Made by a program: the position numbers and the translations under genes
The notes under the pieces: generated by a model
The model's input: the letters and a program-made list of their open reading frames with translations, nothing else
What the model was told of the DNA's origin: nothing
Databases searched by the model: none
NCBI GenBank assembly: GCA_964406075.1
Contig: CAYOQI010000001.1
Span: 5,015 to 69,014 of the forward strand
Direction of reading: 5' to 3'
From: an uncultured Pseudomonadales bacterium
Lineage (GTDB): Bacteria; Patescibacteriota; Microgenomatia; UBA1400; PJMF01
Length of the DNA: 64,000 bases
Shown here: positions 45,630-53,715 of the stretch, piece after piece
Layout of the letters: each line of letters opens with the position of its first letter
How positions within the stretch are numbered: position 1 is the stretch's first letter

Positions 45630-46475
45630 TTACTGAGCAATCACGATATACGCTTCCGCGAGCGGAACATCCGCAGTTGAAGTGTTGCCTGATGTGGTAG
45701 TTTCGGCTAATTGCCAATCGCTTCCATCCCAAGCGTAGATGGTTCCACTTCCTTGTTCTAACGTTTCGATCGAAACCGTTGCAGTTTTAGCAGAAGTTGA
45801 ACCGGCGTATTGGAAGGTATAGAGATCAGACATGGCTGTGCCAGGTAACTCGGCTGGATAGCCAGGAGAGTTGTAAATAATGGCGTATTTTAATGAAGAC
45901 AAGCCTGTTCCTTCAATTAAAAACTTTCCGTCTTGGGACTTGAGATCAGATGTTTTACTAGAGCTTTTGGCATTAACTCGATCATAGTATGACCAGTCTT
46001 GTTTGAGCCAATACTCATTTGGATTGGCAAATTTCAGTGTTAACGTCCCACCTTTGACATCTTCTTCATAACTAGTTTTTCCACCTGCACTGCGTGAGTA
46101 TAGTGCAAATTGTTTAGTGGCTGGAAGACCTTGCTCGAGATCAAAAGAATTCTCATTTCCACCGAGAGATGTTTCATATTGATACTCGGCTAAAAATTCA
46201 AGTTCTGTCGCCTCTTTATTGATTTTCGTAATCGTCACATCGATCTCACGATTGAGAGTTGGTGTCATGAAAACGTATGGTCGTTCACTGACCGGAATTT
46301 CATTGACTGGTTTAGAGACTTTTTTCTTTTTGACTGGACTTTGAGAAGCTTCTGGATTATCTCCAGCTGATTTTTGACGTGTAGCAAAAATGACAGCTGG
46401 AATGGCAATCACAGCTATGATGACAACGGCGATGATGATCTTTGTGGGGGTCGGTTTGGGCATGTTCTTTTTCAT
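45630..46475 (-). CDS. membrane-anchored extracytoplasmic protein (281 aa)
   Basis: N-terminal TM anchor (IIIAVVIIAVIAIPAVIF), a Lys-rich linker and a beta-rich ectodomain. No family recognised. Confidence 0.6.
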   Translation of the reverse strand: MKKNMPKPTPTKIIIAVVIIAVIAIPAVIFATRQKSAGDNPEASQSPVKKKKVSKPVNEIPVSERPYVFMTPTLNREIDVTITKINKEATELEFLAEYQYETSLGGNENSFDLEQGLPATKQFALYSRSAGGKTSYEEDVKGGTLTLKFANPNEYWLKQDWSYYDRVNAKSSSKTSDLKSQDGKFLIEGTGLSSLKYAIIYNSPGYPAELPGTAMSDLYTFQYAGSTSAKTATVSIETLEQGSGTIYAWDGSDWQLAETTTSGNTSTADVPLAEAYIVIAQ

Positions 46476-46519
46476 TCCGTCATTATCCGAGAGATTGGTG
46501 CTTTTGGCAACCCTAGCGC

Positions 46520-46545
46520 TTTGTCATCCTGTTTATTCAGGATGA
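46520..46545. repeat. minimal TGTCATCC palindrome
   Basis: TGTCATCCTG tttatt CAGGATGACA is a perfect 10-bp inverted repeat with the same terminal sequence as the elements at 47337 and 51010. Confidence 0.6.
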
Positions 46546-46566
46546 CAGGGTAATTCTCAAAAATGT

Positions 46567-46595
46567 ATTGAATCAGAATCCTATAAGAGTTATAA
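46567..46595 (+). promoter_or_regulatory. near-consensus sigma70 promoter
   Basis: TTGAAT (46567-72), a 17-nt spacer, then TATAAT (46590-95), about 80 nt upstream of the 85-aa ORF. Confidence 0.5.
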
Positions 46596-46674
46596 TATCC
46601 GCTTCCGTAAAGCCTTAACAGTGCGTTGATGGCCAAGCGGAATTTCGCTAAGAAGTAATGCAAAGGATTAAGAG

Positions 46675-46932
46675 ATGCATAAGTTGAAAGATGGGCAAAA
46701 TCACCGAGCATTTAATCTTGGAGGAGACTATCGTTCGTTTGAAGTCCACCAAGATGACCGCATGACAGAGATGGGAAACGTTAGTCGCGTGTTCGTAATT
46801 AAAGAGGGTCCCAACAAAAGGAAAACCCTACTTATATCCGAACGCGAGATGGAGAAGTTTGAGGAGGTGCTCGAAGAAGAGCCACCTCTAACTTCAACTC
46901 AACAGTCCCCGCCCTCCCCGATATTTCTATAA
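46675..46932 (+). CDS. hypothetical protein (85 aa)
   Basis: Intact ORF downstream of the consensus promoter, with an acidic and Pro-rich tail. No confident family assignment. Confidence 0.5.
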   Translation: MHKLKDGQNHRAFNLGGDYRSFEVHQDDRMTEMGNVSRVFVIKEGPNKRKTLLISEREMEKFEEVLEEEPPLTSTQQSPPSPIFL

Positions 46933-47032
46933 AAAGAAATAGCGGGAAAAATCTTGAACCGTCATGCACAGTACTTGTGTGTGGCGGTTTTTCTAAGTTA
47001 ACAAGTTTAGAATGGAATGAACTCACTCTTTA

Positions 47033-47326
47033 GTGGGTTTTTTGTTTTTTAAAAAAGATATGTCTGAACAATTTCAATTAATTGTAAAAGAAGATGAAGA
47101 GATGCTAAAGAATGCAGAGTATGTGTTGACCGAGGATATTTTTTATCCGCATTTTGCTGGAGATGTCTTGCGAGAAGGTACGATTCTTGTTCACAGTGGA
47201 AATTATAGAGATCGTCGTTTGTATAAAACAAAGATTAAAACACTGAAGGGCGAAGTAGACTTCACTGTATCAGTAGAAAGAAACGGAAGTCAAGATAAGC
47301 TCATTCATCAGCGATCTAATCAATAA
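47033..47326 (+). CDS. hypothetical protein (97 aa; possibly starts at M10, position 47060)
   Basis: Intact ORF with no family recognised. Confidence 0.4.
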   Translation: MGFLFFKKDMSEQFQLIVKEDEEMLKNAEYVLTEDIFYPHFAGDVLREGTILVHSGNYRDRRLYKTKIKTLKGEVDFTVSVERNGSQDKLIHQRSNQ

Positions 47327-47336
47327 GCACTACCGC

Positions 47337-47531
47337 TGTCATCCTGAGCGATCAGGTACTCCTGACGGTCGAAGGATCCCTGTCATCGGATAATCAATGG
47401 AACAATCACATAAGATGTTGAGCAAGCAATGCTTTTGAGGTTTTCAATTCATCAAGTCTGTCAGACTTTTAGATTTTTCAACTAAAAGGGATTCCTCGAA
47501 TGTCTGGATTACCAGACTGCTCGGAATGACA
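47337..47531. mobile_element. MITE-like element with imperfect terminal inverted repeats of about 44 bp
   Basis: Left end: TGTCATCCTGAGCGATCAGGTACTCCTGACGGTCGAAGGATCCC. The reverse complement of the right end is TGTCATTCCGAGCAGTCTGGTAATCCAGACATTCGAGGAATCCC. There is no coding capacity between the ends. Confidence 0.55.
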
Positions 47532-47555
47532 AAAAGAGAAGATAAAATTAAGAGA

Positions 47556-48947
47556 TTATTTCAAAAAGTTTTGATTTACTTCAGAAGTCTTAATTCTTTT
47601 TTGCTCAGTCGTTTCTCGATCGCGAAGAGTGACTGTGTCATCTTCTAATGTTTGATAATCGATTGTTAAACAATACGGGGTACCAACTTCATCCTGACTT
47701 AAGTATCGTTTTCCGATATTTCCACGATCATCCCAAACGACTCTGACACCTTTATCCAATAAATCGTTATAAATTTCCTCAGCTTTTTTCACCAATTCAG
47801 GTTTGTTTTTGACTAAAGGGAATACTGCAACTTGGACTGGAGCAGTATTTTGATTCAATGATAAAACGAGCCGATTTTTCGCTTCTTCACTTCGGTATGC
47901 ATCACAAAGAATCATGAGAAAGAGTCGATTGATTCCAACTGCAGGCTCGATGACATGTGGAACGACTTTCTTGCCGGTTTGAGGATTGGTGTATTCGAGT
48001 TTTTGTCCTGAAAACTGAATGTGCTGTTTCAAGTCATAATCAGTTCGATAGGCAATTCCCCACAACTCTTTCCAACCAAATGGATATTTATACTCGAGAT
48101 CGTAGGTATCTTTACTGTAGTGACTTCTCTCTTTATCGGTATGTTGTCGCCAACGGAGATTTTCTTCTTTAATTCCCAAAGTCTTGGTCACGAAATCCCA
48201 CATGGCTTGCTTCCAACTTTCCATGAGCGGTTGCCACTCGGTTTCTTCAGGATCAAAGAAGTACTCAATCTCACCTTGTTCGAATTCCAAAGTTCGGAAG
48301 ACAAACTGTCCTGTGGTGACTTCGTTGCGGAAACTTTTTCCAATTTGCCCAACTCCGAAAGGAAGTTGCACACGAGTGGAATCAAGAATCTGTTTGAAAT
48401 TAGAAAAAATTCCTTGAGCGGTTTCTCCACGAAGATACACTTGAGATTTTTCTCCAGTTACAGCTCCAATAGAAGTTTCAAATAAAAGATTAAAAGATTT
48501 AGGTTCGCTTAATTCATTTCCGTCAGGACTTTTTACTTTATGCTCAGTTATAAATTTTCCCATGTCGAATAAGGACATGTTTTCAATGATGACTGGTTCA
48601 CTTTGAGGATTTTTTTCCAACCAAGCCTCGATCAAATGATCAGCTCGGTAGCGTTTATGAGTGACTTTATCTTCGACTAACGGATCGGAAAAAGAACCCA
48701 CATGTCCGGAAGCCACCCAAGTCTGAGGGTGAAGCATGATTTGGGAATCGATCCCCACCATATCTTTGCGTTTAGTAATCAGTACTCTCCACCACAAATT
48801 GCGAATATTGCGCATCAACTCTGCTCCGAGTGGACCGTAGTCATACGAATTGGCTAATCCACCATAAATTTCAGAAGTTTGATACGCAAAACCGCGACGC
48901 TTTGCGAGGGAAATGATGTCTTCGAGGGTGGGAGAGTTATTTGTCAT
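47556..48947 (-). CDS. glyQS: glycyl-tRNA synthetase (alpha2 dimer type)
   Basis: LAKRRGFAYQTSEIYGGLANSYDYGPLG, class II motifs and an anticodon-binding C-terminal domain. Confidence 0.95.
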   Translation of the reverse strand: MTNNSPTLEDIISLAKRRGFAYQTSEIYGGLANSYDYGPLGAELMRNIRNLWWRVLITKRKDMVGIDSQIMLHPQTWVASGHVGSFSDPLVEDKVTHKRYRADHLIEAWLEKNPQSEPVIIENMSLFDMGKFITEHKVKSPDGNELSEPKSFNLLFETSIGAVTGEKSQVYLRGETAQGIFSNFKQILDSTRVQLPFGVGQIGKSFRNEVTTGQFVFRTLEFEQGEIEYFFDPEETEWQPLMESWKQAMWDFVTKTLGIKEENLRWRQHTDKERSHYSKDTYDLEYKYPFGWKELWGIAYRTDYDLKQHIQFSGQKLEYTNPQTGKKVVPHVIEPAVGINRLFLMILCDAYRSEEAKNRLVLSLNQNTAPVQVAVFPLVKNKPELVKKAEEIYNDLLDKGVRVVWDDRGNIGKRYLSQDEVGTPYCLTIDYQTLEDDTVTLRDRETTEQKRIKTSEVNQNFLK

Positions 48948-49318
48948 TGTGAGGTTCTGGGGAAAGTATTATCTAAATTATTAAAATTCGTATCAAGTAT
49001 TTCAAATTTATCTATTGTTTTTTTATTACTTTCATTCATCTCTTGGAGTGTAAGAAAGTATTCTTTTTCACCTTTTAATATGAGTCCACCTTTTATCACT
49101 CCACGATGCAAGTATAAGCGAGTGTTTATTTTTAACTCATCAATTGAGTGTTTTAACGTAATAGCAAAATCTTTATTTTTGAGGCTTATCACAATTTTCT
49201 GATAGCCATTGTCATCCTTTTCAATACTCTTTACGAGACCTGATGCTATGGTGAACTCAATTTCATAACCAAAAACACTTCTATTTGCGAATTTTTCTGT
49301 TTGAGTTGATAAAACCAT
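48944..49318 (-). CDS. hypothetical protein (124 aa) between recO and glyQS
   Basis: Intact ORF with a 4-nt overlap with the glyQS start, lying 10 nt after the recO stop. Confidence 0.55.
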   Translation of the reverse strand: MVLSTQTEKFANRSVFGYEIEFTIASGLVKSIEKDDNGYQKIVISLKNKDFAITLKHSIDELKINTRLYLHRGVIKGGLILKGEKEYFLTLQEMNESNKKTIDKFEILDTNFNNLDNTFPRTSQ

Positions 49319-49328
49319 GGATTATTAT

Positions 49329-49874
49329 TTACCTTGATTTAACCGTTAAAAAGTTATAGCTTTGCATCGGTTTCTCAGCAACACTTGAGACGTATTCTAT
49401 CACGTTTTTATAGGTCGTTTCTCGAGAGTCTTGGTAGCCCATTCTCATCAACATCTGATTCAAACGTTCTTGAATGATGTTGTACGCCTCAGGTCGTTTA
49501 TCCAATTCGCCAATCATCTCGATCATGTAGTGATACTCTTCTTCGGAGGCTTCTTCGACAAATAACGTATCAATAATTTCTAAAATTTGAAAAAGTTTTT
49601 TCATGCCTTGAAGATGTGTTTTTATACTCGAAAAATTATTCACTAACCGACTTTGAGTTAACAGTGGAAGTGATTTAGTATGAATGAGATAGGCATCGAT
49701 CACATTGCCAGGTTCGAGGTGACTACGTTGTGAAGAACCCATCTTTCGACAGCCTTTGGCCACAGCTGTAATCTTCCCAAAATCAGGGGTAAGCATCGTG
49801 ACAATCCGGTCGGCTTCACCAGAGTTGGAACGCTTCAAAATCAAGGCAGGAACTAAAGTACTTTTTACTGACAT
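49329..49874 (-). CDS. recO: DNA repair protein RecO (short form)
   Basis: N-terminal OB-fold pattern ALILKRSNSGEADRIVTMLTPDFGKITAVAKGCRK. Confidence 0.85.
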   Translation of the reverse strand: MSVKSTLVPALILKRSNSGEADRIVTMLTPDFGKITAVAKGCRKMGSSQRSHLEPGNVIDAYLIHTKSLPLLTQSRLVNNFSSIKTHLQGMKKLFQILEIIDTLFVEEASEEEYHYMIEMIGELDKRPEAYNIIQERLNQMLMRMGYQDSRETTYKNVIEYVSSVAEKPMQSYNFLTVKSR

Positions 49875-49876
49875 AT

Positions 49877-50041
49877 TAGACTTATAATGAAATAAAAATC
49901 TCGTTCGAAACGTGTCTATTTGGGCTTTTTCTTCACTTTTTTCTCCTTAAGTAGACACAGCTACTAGGCGTCGAAAAGAAGCTTGAAAAATCTCCAAAAA
50001 TTCATCGTTTTGCTCCAATTTTTTATTTCATTACAAGTCTA
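49877..50041. repeat. 165-bp element bounded by a 22-bp inverted repeat (candidate structured RNA or leader)
   Basis: TAGACTTATAATGAAATAAAAA (49877-98) pairs with TTTTTATTTCATTACAAGTCTA (50020-41), matching 21 of 22 positions. There is also an inner 7-bp stem, GTGTCTA (49912-18) with TAGACAC (49952-58). Confidence 0.5.
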
Positions 50042-50089
50042 CCAAGTATACAGAGGAAAAAGGAGAATGACAAAGAGAAAGAAAAAATG

Positions 50090-50632
50090 CTAGGTCGTTT
50101 TTACTAGGAAAAGTTTTGAGGAGAAACTACGATTGAGTAAAGCTGAAATTCTTTTAAAATTCCTTATAACGATATACCCATACCCAAACCCAAGATCACC
50201 GATTAACGTCCGGGTGTAAAACGGTACAGCTAATGAATAACAGAGCATTAGCTCAGGCCAAGTATGGTCATACCAGTACCACCAGACTCCGAAGTTTGAC
50301 ATGATGAAAAAAAGAAAGGAGGCGACAGGTAAAGCCAGTAGCTGAGACTTTGTGTGATTCTTTGTTAATTGTCCGAGCAGTGGGTAAAAAGCAAAGCCAA
50401 GATAGGTAAAAAGTACTCCTGGATAAAACCCTTTCACCCCAATATCAAATGCGAGAATTGAAACGAAAAATAAAAGAGGGTTTCCGAAAAAACCAAAAGT
50501 ACCTAAAGGACTGATATTTGCAGGGAGAACATCGAGTCTTGATCCAAAAACGAGAAACGAGGAAAGTACTTGATTACGATTGAGGTTCTTGAGTGACTGT
50601 AACTGCTTCATAAACGAATTTGATAGTATCAC
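50090..50632 (-). CDS. polytopic membrane protein (possible vitamin-transporter S-component-like partner of the DUF4430-like lipoprotein)
   Basis: Five or six TM helices rich in aromatic residues. The track start overlaps the upstream gene by 59 nt, so the true start is uncertain. Confidence 0.55.
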   Translation of the reverse strand: MILSNSFMKQLQSLKNLNRNQVLSSFLVFGSRLDVLPANISPLGTFGFFGNPLLFFVSILAFDIGVKGFYPGVLFTYLGFAFYPLLGQLTKNHTKSQLLALPVASFLFFIMSNFGVWWYWYDHTWPELMLCYSLAVPFYTRTLIGDLGFGYGYIVIRNFKRISALLNRSFSSKLFLVKTT

Positions 50633-50993
50633 CTTTTTTCAAGATTGTCTGACTTGCACCTTTTTCGGCATATTCACCGTTGAGATAAAAAGCCCAGTAG
50701 TATGAGTTGTCCCCTGCTAAGCCATTAATACTTGTCACAAATTTGCCGGCATCACCATAATCAGTGGTTTCAACTTCGGCATTGGCCATGATTAAATCGA
50801 GTGCAACCTGATCATCTTCTGCTGCAACAAATTCATACTCAGCTTTTTTCTTGCCATCTACTTCAACTGGAGCACTTTCAATTAATGAGGTTTCACTTGG
50901 AGTTGAGGTTTGTAATCGACTACAGCCAGTGAAGAGCAATGAAGCAACGATTGCTATGAAAATGAATTGTATTTTTTTTGTATTCATAAACAT
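50574..50993 (-). CDS. DUF4430-like (transcobalamin-like C-terminal domain) lipoprotein
   Basis: Lipobox LLFTGC, then FVTSINGLAGDNSYYWAFYLNGEYAEKGASQTILKKGDTIKFVY, which is typical of DUF4430. Confidence 0.7.
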   Translation of the reverse strand: MFMNTKKIQFIFIAIVASLLFTGCSRLQTSTPSETSLIESAPVEVDGKKKAEYEFVAAEDDQVALDLIMANAEVETTDYGDAGKFVTSINGLAGDNSYYWAFYLNGEYAEKGASQTILKKGDTIKFVYEAVTVTQEPQS

Positions 50994-51009
50994 TTTTAAT
51001 TTTAATTCA

Positions 51010-51114
51010 TGTCATTCAGAGTTAATCCGACCGCGTGTCGCCATTAGCTTTAGCGGTGGCACAAGAATCTGTACTTTTAACAATCTCCAGATCCCTCGTA
51101 TACTCGGGATGACA
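51010..51114. repeat. MITE-like element with TGTCATYC termini
   Basis: TGTCATTCAGAG...CTCGGGATGACA. The termini are inverted repeats of the same family as 47337-47531. Confidence 0.55.
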
Positions 51115-51142
51115 ACTGAACTTCGTTTTGGTTTCTAAAGTA

Positions 51143-53266
51143 TTAGAACTCAACTTCAATGGTTTTGTCTTTATCCAAAATTACTTCTTCTTCGTGACCA
51201 TTTATATCGATTAAGTAATTGGCAGGATCAGTTCCGGCTTGTTTGCGAAGTTGCAAACGATATGTCGTTGTATCAGTATATGGAACGGTGTATTCAAGCT
51301 GAACTGTGCTCTGACTGAGTGGCGCTAAGTTGAACTCACCTTCGATGATAGTAAAGCCATTTTCTGTGCTTTCTTTTCGACTGCCCTCTTTGATACCGGT
51401 GACATTGGTAACGGTGGCCCCTTCAGGGACATAGACTCTCATCCAATCTCTGAGTACGGCGTTCAAACAGAGTAAACCTGCTTCAAGATTACAGTTATCA
51501 CCTTTTCGATTGTTTTTATATGTCAAAGTCAACGTATTTTTAATCTGACCATTTTCTGGAGCTGAGACGACGAGCTTTGCACTTTGCTCGACAAAGAGAT
51601 TTGATTTCGCTCCACCTAAGTTGGCATCTACGACCGCGATGTAATCATGACCTTCTTTGACAGGATTCAAACGTCCTGCGGCATTGATTTTCTCAGCAGC
51701 GGCTTGGTGTTCTTCATTGAACATGTAGAACTGAACACTGCGTGCTTCGATTTTCTTCCATCCAATATCAAATAATTGGGGCCAGAGTTCGTTTGGTGCA
51801 GCATAGGCTTTTTGTAAAATTGCTTGCATCATCGGAGCGATAATTCCTTTTCGATCTTCTCGAATGTACGGAGTAGGTCGGTCAACGATTTCAGACAAGA
51901 CATAAATGATTTGAGGACAATCACAGCGAGGATCGTTATCTGCAGTAAATGTGCCGTATCCTGGAACCTCAACGGGACCAAGAACTTTAACTAAATCTGA
52001 AAGAACGGTGGTATCAACAGCAATGATGCCATCAATATTGGCTGGTTCACCTGGAACTTCCTGGAAGTGTTCGTAAAAGGTATCCATTGAATTTTTGAAA
52101 TCTGGATCAATATTCATGTCTCGCAGATTGAACCGAGTTTCACTGGTTAGGTATTTGCCCAAAATTGGAGGAATTGGGATATTTTTGCGAAACTTTTTAT
52201 CTAACTCATAAATGTCATCACTTTTCTCTGGAGTGACAACACCTTTTTCGACAAACATGACGGCGTAAGCAGTCATGAATCCACCAGTGGGGCGAAGCTC
52301 ATTATCGTTTTGGAAAATAACTAAGTATTTTTTTCGAGTATCAGATCCAGCGACTTCAGGAAGAATTTCAATAACTGGACGGAATTCTGTCACAGCTGAG
52401 ACTGCGCCACTGCTAAACGCCTTGGCTTGGTCAATCATCGTACGGACCTCATATTCCTGATATTTTTCTGGGTAACGACTGGAATCAATTTGAGCGAGTT
52501 CAGTTTCAACGGTTTTCAGCTCAGTCGTAATGTCATCAATGACAGGAGTAACTTTATCCAGTGTTTCTAAGAGCAATTTAATTCTATTTTCAGCTGTGCC
52601 ACCTTCAAAACTGCCTTCTCCGGAAAAACCAAGCACATCTGCATACGGCACGATAGCATCAACACTTTTCAAACCTGCTCTCATTCCGGCTTCACCAGCT
52701 GCAAAAGCATGGAGACCATCTTGATAATAGGTTTTAGCGACAGGAACATTTTGATAAAAAGCCAAGCGTTCATACTCAGTCTTCATTGTTTCAACTCGCT
52801 TTTGGAGATCGATCATTGTGGCTTCAGCTCCAGGAAGGTTTTGATTTTTTAGCTGATCTTTCAGACCCTGCCCGACAACCATGGCTTCCATCGCCTGTGT
52901 TTTCAAATTCGTCGCAATTTTATACGTATGTAAGCCAACGGCACCAACAGTTCCAACTACACTCAAAAAGAGTATGAGTACGACACTGGAGATCACTACA
53001 AATCTTCGAGAAAAATTGAATCGACGTTTCTTTTTGGTTAGAATTGGCGCTGGATCAGACTCAAGCTCTTCATTCATAGCTTCTTCTGGTTCATCGTCAG
53101 TGTGCTGAAAGAGACGCACCAAGGGTTTAGAAGTCTCGTCATCGAGAGGTGTTTCTGGTTCCACTTGGACTGTGGGAGTCAATGTCGGTTCGACTTCTTT
53201 TTGTTTGTTATCTGGTGTGATAACAGTATGTGTGTTTTTCGAGGTTGTTTGGGCATTTTGAGACAT
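51143..53266 (-). CDS. DUF4012 domain membrane-anchored protein
   Basis: 707 aa with an N-terminal TM anchor and the signature FQNDNELRPTGGFMTAYAV. Confidence 0.8.
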   Translation of the reverse strand: MSQNAQTTSKNTHTVITPDNKQKEVEPTLTPTVQVEPETPLDDETSKPLVRLFQHTDDEPEEAMNEELESDPAPILTKKKRRFNFSRRFVVISSVVLILFLSVVGTVGAVGLHTYKIATNLKTQAMEAMVVGQGLKDQLKNQNLPGAEATMIDLQKRVETMKTEYERLAFYQNVPVAKTYYQDGLHAFAAGEAGMRAGLKSVDAIVPYADVLGFSGEGSFEGGTAENRIKLLLETLDKVTPVIDDITTELKTVETELAQIDSSRYPEKYQEYEVRTMIDQAKAFSSGAVSAVTEFRPVIEILPEVAGSDTRKKYLVIFQNDNELRPTGGFMTAYAVMFVEKGVVTPEKSDDIYELDKKFRKNIPIPPILGKYLTSETRFNLRDMNIDPDFKNSMDTFYEHFQEVPGEPANIDGIIAVDTTVLSDLVKVLGPVEVPGYGTFTADNDPRCDCPQIIYVLSEIVDRPTPYIREDRKGIIAPMMQAILQKAYAAPNELWPQLFDIGWKKIEARSVQFYMFNEEHQAAAEKINAAGRLNPVKEGHDYIAVVDANLGGAKSNLFVEQSAKLVVSAPENGQIKNTLTLTYKNNRKGDNCNLEAGLLCLNAVLRDWMRVYVPEGATVTNVTGIKEGSRKESTENGFTIIEGEFNLAPLSQSTVQLEYTVPYTDTTTYRLQLRKQAGTDPANYLIDINGHEEEVILDKDKTIEVEF

Positions 53267-53367
53267 AAGGGATAGTATACATGATCATCACTGCACAGGA
53301 CAACCTTTAGCACTTTTTCATCAATAAATGATAAAATGCGAGTTCTTAATTAACAGAAATATTACAT

Positions 53368-53712
53368 ATGTCAGAACGTTTTGTAAATTTGCCAGAAAAA
53401 CTTTCAATTAAAGCGATTGAGGAAATATTAGGTTTAACTCCGGGCGTTATAGCAAGTTGGAAATCCCGTAAGTTAATTTCATATAATGAATCAGATTTAA
53501 GGGGTGAGAATGTGGCATTAACACGAGAGCAAATTGCTAGAATAATTGTTATTCAAGCAGTTCGAAATCAGGTAAGAAAAGAACGAGGAGACGGAAGTGA
53601 CTATGCAAATGATGTGAAAATGACCTTCAGATACCCAGATTGGGTAGATGATTACTCAGAAATGATTAACGAAATGGGCTGGAATTTATTTAGTCCACGA
53701 GTAGATCAGTAA
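53368..53712 (+). CDS. hypothetical protein with a possible helix-turn-helix
   Basis: LSIKAIEEILGLTPGVIASWKSRKLI resembles a MerR/excisionase-type HTH. The call is weak. Confidence 0.4.
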   Translation: MSERFVNLPEKLSIKAIEEILGLTPGVIASWKSRKLISYNESDLRGENVALTREQIARIIVIQAVRNQVRKERGDGSDYANDVKMTFRYPDWVDDYSEMINEMGWNLFSPRVDQ

Positions 53713-53715
53713 CTT

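Noticed and set aside
46472-46711. 79-aa minus-strand ORF upstream of the 281-aa gene
   Set aside because: It is composed largely of palindromic repeat sequence and spans the plus-strand consensus promoter, and no RBS is present. I treat it as non-coding.
48021-48485. 154-aa plus-strand ORF antisense to glyQS
   Set aside because: It is a shadow ORF of a highly conserved aminoacyl-tRNA synthetase gene.
49875-50089. T-box leader for the recO-glyQS operon
   Set aside because: GlyRS genes are often T-box regulated, but no GGUGGNACCGCG-like core occurs on the minus strand here.
50994-51142. Possible cobalamin riboswitch upstream of the DUF4430-like gene
   Set aside because: I looked for the B12-box and conserved GCCACUG core on the minus strand. 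Only a weak GCCACCG is present, the region is too short, and it is better explained by the MITE-like repeat. An Infernal RF00174 scan would settle it.
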